Part shown: piece after piece, positions 28,168 through 38,388 of the stretch | Numbering within the stretch: the first letter of the stretch is position 1 | How the letters are laid out: the number at the start of each line of letters is the position of its first letter | NCBI RefSeq assembly: GCF_018350175.1 | Contig: NC_058383.1 | Span: 1 to 64,000 of the forward strand | Length of the DNA stretch: 64,000 nucleotides | Origin: Felis catus | Taxonomy: Eukaryota | Direction of reading: 5' to 3' | Translations under genes and position numbers: made by a program | The notes under the pieces: generated by a model | The model's input: only the letters and a program-made list of their open reading frames with translations | What the model was told of the DNA's origin: nothing | The model's database searches: none

Positions 28168-28882
28168 TGACGACGTTTTGGGTGACAGTGGGGTTCGTAG
28201 TGTCTGGAGCTGACAGCCAAGAAAGAATTCTTGAAGTCATCTTTGTTGCAAAAAGGTGATTTCATTAAAGCTCTGGGACAGGACTCTTGGCCAAAGAGCT
28301 GGCCAGGTGCCATGAGGAGAGACTAGTTATACATGGAGATGGGGGGGTGGGGGGTGGTCAAGTCCAGGGAAGTTTCCAATGAGACTTTCATATGCTAAAG
28401 GAGACTCCCAGGACACTGGAGGCCTATCTATTGTCAAACTAGGTTTGTTTGCCCTCTAGCAAAACATTAGCATCAAGACAAAGGGAGTTCCTAGAGAAAT
28501 GTTTTAGTCTGCAGGCCTCAAGTATGTGTCAATGGGCTGCAGGATGTAAGGAAATTTAATTCTCTCTGCCATTTCCTTCTGCCTTTGTTTCCTACATCAC
28601 TATGGAGGGATGATGTTGGGGTTCTAGGAAACCAAGTCCATAGATTTCTGGAGATTAGTCTATTAATAAGATTGTGGTTTTCTCGTGATTGAGTTATTTG
28701 TAAATAGATGGAGACAGGCCCTGCAGGACTATGATCTCTATCAGTTAACCATATGTTTTTTTACTTTTCCTTTGTTCTTGGGCAGCCAGCAGTGCCCAGG
28801 GGATATCACACAGATCCCACCTGGGGGTGGGGGTGGGGGCGGGGATTTGAGGCCCTGCAGCTTGCCTTTTGTTTCCTCATCA
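28168..28882 (-). mobile_element. Carnivore ERV1-type solo LTR (CarLTR1-like)
   Basis: TG...CA ends; ggagctgacagccaagaaagaattcttga and aaggtgatttcattaaag motifs; LTR-start motif (TGATG..GGAAACAAA.GGCA) seen in reverse at 28599 and 28882; same start motif on + at 57582. Confidence 0.7.
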
Positions 28883-29170
28883 TTTTTCTCTGTTGTTTGT
28901 CTGTATGCATGTGTATCTGTGTCTGTGTCTCTGAAGGAGCATATATCCACTGTGCAAATCTCTGTATCTGTGACTATACTGTCTCTTGGGTACATGTGTC
29001 CCTGTGGGAGTATCTGTGTGTATCTGTGTTATGTGTCTGTGTGTGTATTGGTTGCCTGTGTGAATTTGCTCTCATTTTGGGTGTTTCTGATAAACAACTC
29101 TGTGTGTGTGTGTGTGTATGTGTGTGTGTGTGTGTGTTTTCTGTGTGTCCAGTGTGTGTAGGGTGTGTTT

Positions 29171-29510
29171 TGAAAGGGCGGGCCTACGACGGCCGACTCC
29201 ATCTTGTTCTGTGTCCTTCACCTTGACCACACCTCCTCCTCTTGAGTAACCACCCCCTCACCTGCCTAACAGGACTCGGACCCTTCCCCAGCAAATCGGC
29301 TGAGGCCATAGCCATTACCTCACCAACTGCCCCTAGGCCCCAATAAAACCTTTGTCCTTTTGAAACTCGCTCTCTCTCCCTGGTATCTCACTGCTGCGTC
29401 GGTGCAGGTAGGGGATTGAGCTCGAGCTAGCTCGAATAAAGGCTCTTTTGCTTTTGCATCGGACTCGGCTCCCTGGTGGTCTTTGGGGATCACGAATTCT
29501 GGGCATAACA
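29171..29510 (+). repeat. 5' LTR (340 bp)
   Basis: TGAAAG...ATAACA; TATA-equivalent CAATAAAA 29341; polyA signal AATAAA 29435; near-identical to 35402-35723. Confidence 0.96.
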
Positions 29511-29512
29511 TT

Positions 29513-29531
29513 TGGGGGCTCGGCCCGGGAT
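29513..29531 (+). promoter_or_regulatory. Primer binding site, tRNA-Pro
   Basis: TGGGGGCTCGGCCCGGGAT versus canonical TGGGGGCTCGTCCGGGAT, directly after the 5' LTR. Confidence 0.9.
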
Positions 29532-29960
29532 CCCCAAGACCCCCGAAGGACCCCCGACCCGGAGAGCCTGACTGGCCATGGTTAGTGTCTGTTTGTTCTG
29601 TCTTTCTGTGTGAGCTCATTTCTGGAATTCTGGTAGTGCCCGACGTGGTCTAAGTGGACGTACTGGAGGACCACGGGCCGGGAGTTTCAGAAGACGTTCC
29701 GATCCTCCCTTCTGGAGGGACGTGGAATCCCCTCAAAGGTCTGAGACGAGGCGGGTCACTCCCACTGGTCGGCGTGAGGCCGTCGTCTTTGGAGGGACGT
29801 GGAATCCCCTCATCGGTTTTGGAGGGACGTGGAATCCCCTCAAATGTCTAAGCTAGCTTTCGGTTTTGCTTCCATGGAGTTGGAAGACTTTCTAGGGGCC
29901 CTCTGTTTGTCTGTTTTTGTGTTTCTCTGTTTTGTTCTGTGGACTTACTGGACGGACGTT

Positions 29961-31567
29961 ATGGGACAGACTCAGACTACTCCTCTAAATATTATGATTG
30001 ATCACTTTAAGGATGTGAGGGGAAGAGCTAACAACCTCAGTGTGGAAGTCCGAAAGGGTCGGTGGCAGTTTTTTTGTTCTAGCAAGTGGCCAACTTTCAA
30101 TGTCGGATGGCCACCAGAGGGGATTTCGACCTCCCTACCATCCACCTAGTCAGGAGTATCATCTCTCGGCCTAAGACAAGCCATCTTAATCAGCTCCCTT
30201 ACATTGTCACTTGGCAGGACCTTGTAGAAGACCCACCCTCTTGGCTTAAGCCCTTCCTAGCCCCGCTCCCTCCGGAGCCAAAATCCATTCTTGCTTTGCA
30301 GGGGACAAAGAAGAAGAAAAGTCTTACCCAGCCTTCAGCACCCCTCTACCCTGTCCTACAGAGGGGTACTGAAGAAGAATTAATTTTTCCTCCCCCGTAT
30401 AACCCCTCTAGGATGCCGGAAGAACACCATCCTCCCCCTCCGGGGGAGGCAGACGCTGTTCCGAGAGCGGGAGGCAGAAGCGCTCCAGTGGGAAGCCCGC
30501 CCTTTACCAGACAAAGGGCTCAGAGGGAGCAATCCGCCTCCACCGCCGACTCCACTATTCTGCCCCTGCGAGCCACCGGACCCCCAGACGCGGAGGGGAA
30601 TCAGCCCCATCACGATTGGCCTTTTGCCACTAGTGACCTCTACTATTGGAAAGTTCAGAATCCTAAGTTTTCCGAGAAACCGGCAGGGCTTATTGATTTA
30701 TTAGACTCTGTTCTTTTTACCCATCAGCCCACGTGGGACAATTGCCAGCAGCTTTTGCAGGTCCTATTCACAACTGAAGAAAGAGAAAGAATCCTCAATG
30801 AGGCCCGAAAACTAGTTCTCTCCCTGCAAGGAGAGGGTGCAGACGGGAATCCCACCACCAACCAGGCTCAGATAGATGCCTTCTTCCCCTTAACTCAGCT
30901 CCAGTGGGATTTCAACACGGCAGAAGGTAAGGAGAGGCTCTGGGTCTACCGCCAGACTCTAATGGGGGGTCTCCTAATGGCTGCTAGAAAGCCAACCAAT
31001 TTGGCCAAGGTAGGAAATGTACAACAGGGAAAAGATGAATCTCCGGCTGCCTTTTTAGAACGGATCATGGAGGCATTCCGTACCTATACCCCCATGGATC
31101 CAGAGGCTCTGGAAAGCAAGACAGCTGTTATCATGGCCTTTGTAAACCAATCGGCCATAGACATTAGGAGAAAATTACAGAAAATAGATAGACTAGGAGA
31201 AAAAAGTCTGCAGGACTTACTGGTGGTAGCCAAAATGGTATATAATAACCGGGAGCCTCCTGAGGACAAGCAGCCTCACGCCATGGCGGCTGCCAGCAGT
31301 AAGCAGACTCAAGACCTGGCCAGAATACTACTAGCTACCACTGCTGACTCCCCCGAGGAACGAGACCGCCATCTCCGGCAGCTGGCAGACGACGCAAGAA
31401 AAGGTAAAGGAACCACCAAGGGGGGGAAGCAGAGGCTGCAGAAGGATCAGTGCGCATACTGCAAGGAGATAGGGCATTGGGCCCGAGATTGTCCAAAAAG
31501 GGCCGGTGGGAAGGGAAGCAAGACTGATCGAGTAAAAGTCCTAGAGATAGATGAACTAAGTGATTAG
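29961..31567 (+). pseudogene. gag: gag (MA-p12-CA-NC), frameshifted near 30120
   Basis: MGQTQTTPL start; PSAP, LYPVL and PPPY late domains; MHR VQQGKDESPAAFLERIMEAFR; CCHC knuckle CAYCKEIGHWARDC; amber TAG 31565-31567. Confidence 0.95.
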
Positions 31568-34500
31568 GGGAGTCGGGGTTCAGACTCTCTCCCCGAACCC
31601 AGGGTAACTCTTAAAGTAGAGGGGACCCCTGTTGACTTCCTTGTCAGCACCAGAGCACAACATTCGGTCCTCCGCACCCCACAAGGAAAACTAGCCAGCA
31701 AGAAGTCCTGGGTACAAGGGGCAACTGGTATGAGCCAGTATTCATGGACTACCCGAAGAACAGTAGATTTGGGAACGGGCCGGGTATCCCACTCCTTTAT
31801 GGTAATACCAGAATGCCCCTACCTGCTGTTAGGACGGGACTTACTGACCAAGAATGGAGCCCAGATAACTTTCAGACAAGGGGGGCCTCAGGTCACCGAT
31901 GGCAAGGGCCACCCCATCCAGGTCCTGACCATGAAACTGGAGGATGAATACCTCCTCCACCAGGAGGCGCTCCCGAGAGAGGATAATATAGACGGATGGC
32001 TACAAGAATTCCCCTCGGTTTGGGCAGAGACGGGGGGGATGGGACTAGCCGCTCACAGGACCCCAGTCCTGGTAGAGCTCAAGCCAGGCAAGAGTCCGGT
32101 AAGGATCAAACAATACCCCATGTCTCAGGAGGCCCGGAAGGGGATCCAGCCACACATCTGGAGACTACAAAGCCTAGGGGTACTAGTTCTTGCCAGTCTG
32201 CCTGGAACACCCCCCTTACTGCCAGTCAAAAAGCCTCACACAAATGACTACCGACTGGTACAAGACCTCCGGGAAGTAAATAAGAGGGTCGCGGACATAC
32301 ACCCAACTGTTCCCAACCCATATACTCTCTTGAGCTCCTTGGCGCCCTCCAGGGTCTGGTATACTGTACTAGATTTAAAGGACACCTTCTTCAGTCTGCC
32401 GCTGGCACCCCAGAGCCAACCCTTGTTCACCTTTGAGTGGCATGATCCGGAGGAGGGCTACAGTGGGCAACTCACCTGGACACGGCTACCTCAGGGATTC
32501 AAAAATTCACCCACCATCTTCGACGAGGCTCTACACGAGGACCTGGGTGAGTACAGAAGGGAGCACCCTGGCCTCACCCTTCTACAGTACGTAGATGACA
32601 TCCTGATTGCTGCCGACATGGCCAAAGACTGTGAGCAAGGGACCCAGGACCTGCTGGCTACCCTGGGGGCCTTAGGGTACCGGGCATCCGCGAAGAAGGC
32701 TCAGATATGCAGGGAGAGGGTAAGTTACCTGGGATATATCCTGGAGGGCGGACAGCGGCGGTTATCAGATGCCAGAAAAGAAACTGTCCTAAAGATCCCT
32801 ACTCCCACCTCCCGAAGAGAAATGAGGGAATTCCTAGGATCAGCCAGCTACTGCCGCCTCTGGGTTCCAGGTTTTGCTGAGATCGCCAGGCCCCTATATG
32901 AAGCTACCAAAGAGGGGAAAACATTAAATGGGCTGAAAAAGAAGAGACTGCCTTTATTCAGTTAAAAAAGGCCCTCCTAAGTGCCCCAGCCCTGGGTCTA
33001 CCAGACATTACGAAGCCCTTCCACCTCTTTGTAGACAAACATAAAGGAATAGCAAAAGGGGTTCTAACTTAAGCCTTAGGCCCCTGGAACCGCCCTGTGG
33101 CTTACCTGTCCAAGAAACTAGACCCAGTGGCTGCCGGCTGGCTGCTATGCTTAAGAATTATTGCGGCGACAGCACTCCTAGTCAAGGATGCAGACAAACT
33201 GACCCTAGGACAGGAGATCTGGGTCACGACCCCACACGCCATTGAAGGGGTCCTGAAACAGCCTCCTGATAGATGGATGAGCAACACACATGTGACTCAT
33301 TACCAGAGCCTCCTACCCAACCCTCCAAGACTGCAGTTCCACCCCAGTGCAGCCCTCAATCCTGCAACCCGGCTGCCCGACCCTGACCTAGGTGCTCCAC
33401 TACATGACTGTGCGGGAATCCTGGAACAAGTACATGGATTCCGGACGGACCTGACCGACCGGCCCCTCCCCGATGCCGAGGCTACTTGGTTCACTGATGG
33501 CAGCAGCTTTGTGCGGGACGGACACAGGTATGCGGGTGCAGCGGTGGTCACCAAAACGGATACCGTATGGGCGGAGGCTCTACCCTCCGGAATGTCAGCC
33601 CAGCGAGCAGAGCTCATAGCCCTCACCAAGGCGCTGATGCTGGGAGCTGAAAAATGGCTCAACATCTACACAGACAGCTGTTATGCATTTGCCACAGCTC
33701 ATATTCATGGGGCAATTTATCAGGAGAGGGGGTTACTGATGGCAGAAGGACGGGCTATAAAAAATAAGCAGGAGATACTTAACCTGCTTACGGCCTTATG
33801 GCTTCCTGACAAGCTAGCCATTATCCACTGCCAAGGGCACCAAAAAGCTGATAACCCAGTAGCTAGAGGTAATCGAAAGGCTGACCAGGCAGCCAAGGCA
33901 GTAGCCCTTACTCCAGTCCCCACCATGACCATACAACTACCGGACCCAGGAGACCCAGTTTTACCAGACCAGCCAAAATACTCCCAGAAGGAGTTACAGC
34001 GGATCAAGAAACTCCCCATGGCCCAGGAGATAAAGGGATGGTGGTATAACAAGGAGCTCGTGCTGCCAGACCAGCTCGGAGTCTCAATATTAGAGCACAT
34101 GCATCGGTCTACTCACATGGGCGCCCGAAAATTAAAAGACTTAATCCGACATGCTGGAATCAGGATTCACCAACAGGATACCAAAATAGAGCAAGTTGTA
34201 TCTGCCTGCAAGACCTTCCAACTCACCAACTCGAGAGCCACATCAAATAAAAAAGGAACCAAGCTCAGAGGCACCAGACCGGGAGCCCAATGGGAAGTCG
34301 ACTTCACTGAAGTCGAACCAGGAAAGTATGGTTATAAATATCTTTTAGTATTTACAGACACCTTCTCTGGATGGGTGGAGGCATACCCAACCAAGCATGA
34401 AATGGCTCAGACGGTGGCTAAGAAGCTACTAGAAGACATCTTACCCAGGTATGGTTTTCCTGCCATGGTAGGATCAGACAACGGACCAGCTTTTATCTCG

Positions 34501-35154
34501 CAGGTAACACAGGCAGTAGCCAAGGCGGTGGGGGCAAACTGGAAATTACATTGTGCTTATAGGCCACGGAGCTCAGGACAGGTAGAAAGAATGAATAGAA
34601 CCCTAAAAGAGACCCTTACCAAATTAACCATGGAGACTGGCGGGGACTGGGTGACTCTCCTACCATACACCCTTTACTGGATTAGTCACACTCCTTACAC
34701 TCTGGGTTTTACTCCCTACGAGATCATGTTTGGCAGGCCACCCCCTGTTATTCCCAGCCTTCGAGCTGAACTTATTGCTGAGTTTAGAGATCAAGAACTT
34801 TTTCTTTCCTTGAGAGGGCTCCAGAGGGCTCACGAGGACATTTGGCCATGCTTCTGTGCCATCTACGAGGCTGGCCCAACCCCAACACCTCATCAGTACA
34901 GGCCGGGAGACTGGGTCTATGTCAGGAAGCACCACTGAGAGACCCTCGAGCCGCGCTGGAAGGGACCCTACATTGTGGTGTTGACAACCCCCACCGCTCT
35001 CAAAGTAGACGGCATCGCGACCTGGGTCCATCACACCCACGTTCAGCCAGTGGACCCCTCCTTGATCCGGAAGGACTTCGTCATGCAATGGGCCATCAGT
35101 CGAGACCAACACAACCCTCTCAAGCTCAAGCTACAGCGCATTCGACCCACCTAA
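31568..35154 (+). pseudogene. pol: pro-pol (PR, RT, RNase H, IN), disrupted
   Basis: Read-through after TAG; protease motif reads [17 protein letters not shown] and YVDD; FTDGSS, AQRAELIAL; WEVDFTE, SDNGPAF; frameshift ~32920, TAA 33069, TGA 34936. Confidence 0.95.
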
Positions 35155-35351
35155 TATTGGTAACTCTGTTAACTCTGCTTGTCATTGCTCATGCTGCCGG
35201 GAGTCCCCACGCCCCCCAAAACATCACCTGGCAGATCATAGACACCAGCTCGGGGACAATACTTAATCAGACCTCCCAGAGCCACCCCAGGGACACTTGC
35301 TTCCCAGAACTTTGCGTAAACCTCCAAACTCTGTTCCCCTTGTCACCATAA
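35088..35351 (+). pseudogene. env: env remnant: signal peptide plus ~50 aa of SU
   Basis: MGHQSRP...LILVTLLTLLVIAHAAG-SPHAPQNITWQI...CFPELCVNL; overlaps the pol end as in gammaretroviruses. Confidence 0.88.
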
Positions 35352-35395
35352 ATGCAGCCGGTCCCATGATTGGGTCCCTAAGCTACATCCCTAAG

Positions 35396-35723
35396 CTATG
35401 CCGGCCGACTCCGTCTTGTTCTGTGTCCTTCACCTTGACCACACCTCCTCCCCTTGAGGAACCCCCCCCCTCACCTGCCTAACAGGACTCGGACCCTTCC
35501 CCAGCAAATCGGCTGAGGCCATAGCCATTACCTCACCAACTGCCCCTAGGCCCCAATAAAACCTTTGTCCTTTTGAAACTCGCTCTCTCTCCCTGGTATC
35601 TCACTGCTGCGTCGGTGCAGGTAGGGGATTGAGCTCGAGCTAGCTCGAATAAAGGCTCTTTTGCTTTTGCATCGGACTCGGCTCCCTGGTGGTCTTTGGG
35701 GATCACGAATTCTGGGCATAACA
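35396..35723 (+). repeat. 3' LTR lacking its first ~14 nt and the PPT
   Basis: Matches the 5' LTR from cggccgactcc onward; no TGAAAG start and no polypurine tract upstream. Confidence 0.93.
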
Positions 35724-35763
35724 GTTTCATGGGAGGGTTGCCCATGTCCCTGAATGTGTGTAT

Positions 35764-35864
<101 letters not shown>

Positions 35865-36481
35865 TCTGAGGGTGTCTATGTCTGCAGTGTGGGTCTGTGT
35901 GTGAGCCTGTCCACGAGCCCCATACCTGAGTCCCCAGAGGAGGCTGTGCATGGTTCCATGCCTGTGTGTCTCTGTGCTTGTGGTGTCTGTTTCTTTCTCT
36001 GTGCATGTGTCCTTCTGTGCACCTCAGAAATGAGCAGCTGCAGAGGGGACCCTTCAAGAATGACTCCTGGGATGGCTGAGCAAGACACAATATGTGCTTC
36101 CCCCAACCTCAGGCTCAGCTCCCTCTACCCATTTTTCTCTCATCCTCCCATATCCTGCCTTGTGATTTAATCTGAGTCCCCAAGGATGGACGGAGTGAAT
36201 GGTCAGCTCAGGATCACAGGCCAGCAGCTGGGAGAGCTGCAGATGACAGGAGGAGGTTGGAACGTGTGTGTGGGGGTGGGCGGGGGGGGGTTTCTGGGCC
36301 CCTGGCAAGGCTGAGGGATTCCTGGGCCCTGAGAGGGGTGCAGGGGTTGAGGCCCCTATGAAGGGCTGAGGAACAGAGCTCCTGAGCACCATGGAAGAAA
36401 TGCAGGACTGGGAACCCCTGGAAAGAGCTGGAGGAGTCCTGCAGGACTCATGAGTCCCCAAAGGGCAGAACCCTCACTCAC

Positions 36482-36550
36482 CTGTGCTGGTGCAAGCTGG
36501 GGCCTGGAAGCAGTAGCAGCATCCAGGAGCAGAAGAGGCAGCAGATCCAT
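36482..36550 (-). pseudogene. Candidate signal-peptide first exon
   Basis: cccATGG Kozak-like start, MDLLPLLLL... (shifted frame MLLLLPGP), consensus donor CAG|GTGAGT. Confidence 0.4.
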
Positions 36551-36984
36551 GGGATGGTGGATGGAGCAGTGAGCCACGATCGTGCAAACTCACCACTCTG
36601 GGCTGGCTGCCTTCAGTTCTTTCCCCCTTCCCCATCCACCTCAATAGCTCTGGCCCTGGCTTTACCCTCCATCAGGGCATGGGCAAGCCAGGCAAAGACG
36701 GACAACTGGGCCACAGGAATGATCCCCCTGACCTCTTTGTCCTAGTTTTTTATGGGCATAAGGAGTCACCCAGGGACCTTGGAACCAGGAGGGAGAATCT
36801 GGCCCCAGAGTCTTCTCCAATGGGGTTAGGAAGAATTATGGAGGGACAGCATTTAGTGGCAGTTCATTCACAGAATAAAAGCACAACACAGGTCACCTTG
36901 GCTTCTGAAGTGTTTTCTTAACCAGACCACATTTGAGCACTTACCCAGGGACTTGGAGGACTTAGATGCAAAAGAACTTAAAAT

Positions 36985-37287
36985 TCAAAAGTCTCAATAA
37001 ATTTGGTATAAAAGGAATTTACTTCAACATAATAAAGGCCATTTATGACAAGCCCACAGCGAATATCACATTCAGTAGTCAAAGCTGAAAGCTTTTGCAA
37101 TAAGATCAGGAACAAGACAAGGGTGTCCACTCTCACCACTTGTATTCAATGTAGTATTGGAAGTCCCACCACAGCAATCAGGCAAGAAAAAGAAATAAAA
37201 AGCTTCCAAATCAGGAAGGAATAAGTAAAATCACCCATTTGCAAATAACATGATCTTATTATATAGAGAAATCACAAAGGCTCCACC
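36985..37287 (+). mobile_element. L1 ORF2 RT fragment, followed by (GAAA)n 37288-37369
   Basis: tcaggaacaagacaagggtgtccactctcacca ([11 protein letters not shown]). Confidence 0.88.
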
Positions 37288-37291
37288 AGAA

Positions 37292-37367
<76 letters not shown>

Positions 37368-37369
37368 AA

Positions 37370-37900
37370 CATAGTACATGCTGTTCCTACATTTACCAAG
37401 TCACTGTATTTTAAGGGCAAACCCTGGCAATATGCCATTCCATCCATTCCAAGGCTCTACAGTAGTTGCACTTAATCAGCTGTATGTACTGCAGAGTCAG
37501 TTGCTAGGGCTTATACCCAGGCTAGGGGTCAGCCTCCTGATTGCCAGGGGATGTCAGTGCATTATGGCCTTGAAGGAGAGGGACACACAAAGCTTTAGGA
37601 ACTTAAGTTGTGCATGCCATACATGTTGGCATGAGGAAGCAGCACTCTCAGGCATGAGGAGATAGACTGGGGCAGAATATGCAGATCAGGACCCCCAGGT
37701 TCTCCCCTCTTTCACTGGGGTATGCTCCATTACAGGTACAGTGAATTTCCACAGGTCTGCCTTTCAGCAGAACAACAGGATCCCAATAGAGATTGAGTAG
37801 ATCCCCTTCACCCAGGGGTACAAAGTAACTCACCTATCCTATGGGACATCCCATGGCAAATTCCAATAAAGAACACATTTTGGTGTTCTCAGCAGCATAG
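37370..37900 (-). mobile_element. Ancient ERV-L-like pol fragment (RNase H to integrase Zn finger)
   Basis: Antisense PGNQEAD-LA (~37550-37520) followed by GLPLKYSDLVNVGTAC (~37428-37378), resembling ERV-L GLPLTKADLATATAEC. Confidence 0.55.
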
Positions 37901-37928
37901 CATATTAATCCACAGTGAGAGTGGGGGC

Positions 37929-38388
37929 TGAAAGAGTGGACCTACACCAGCCGACTCCATCTTGTTCTGTGTCCTCAACCTTGAGTGACTATGTCCCCGA
38001 CATGACCCCCTTTCCGGGAAAATCGCCGAAACCTCAGACCATGCCTCCTCCCTTTGAGTAACCTCCCGCTCACCCGTTCAAAATTCCTGATCAAAACACA
38101 CCCGACAACCTGCGTAATGGCACTCCAACCCTTCCCCAGCCAATCGGCTGAGGCCACGACCCTTCCCCAGCCAATCGGCTAAGGCCACAACCATTATTTC
38201 ACCAACTGCCCCTAGACCCCTATAAAACCTTTGTGCTTTTGAAACTCGCTGGCTCTCTCCGGCATCTCACCGCTGCGTCGGTAAAGGTAGGGGACTGAGC
38301 TCGAGCTAGCTCGAATAAAGGCTCTTTGCTTTTGCATCAGACTCGGCTCCTTGGTGGTCTTTGGGGATCGTGAATTCTGGGCATGACA
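37929..38388 (+). mobile_element. Solo LTR (460 bp), longer relative of the provirus LTR
   Basis: TGAAAG...ATGACA; R/U5 closely similar to 29360-29510; duplicated CCAAT block 38128-38189; TATAAAA 38221; no TSD. Confidence 0.93.

Larger units (their letters stand above)
29171..35723 (+). mobile_element. Defective endogenous gammaretrovirus provirus (possibly feline ERV gamma4-like; identity unverified)
   Basis: LTR-PBS(Pro)-gag-TAG-pro-pol-env remnant-LTR; 4-bp TSD GTTT at 29167-29170 and 35724-35727. Confidence 0.97.

Noticed and set aside
27284..28240. Transmembrane or low-complexity protein ORFs
   Set aside because: No convincing splice sites; the (GE)n, (PL)n and (RE)n runs come from a microsatellite
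29171..35723. Replication-competent provirus or endogenous FeLV
   Set aside because: gag frameshift, dead protease motif, pol stops, no env or PPT; the LTR and Gag do not look like FeLV as I recall it
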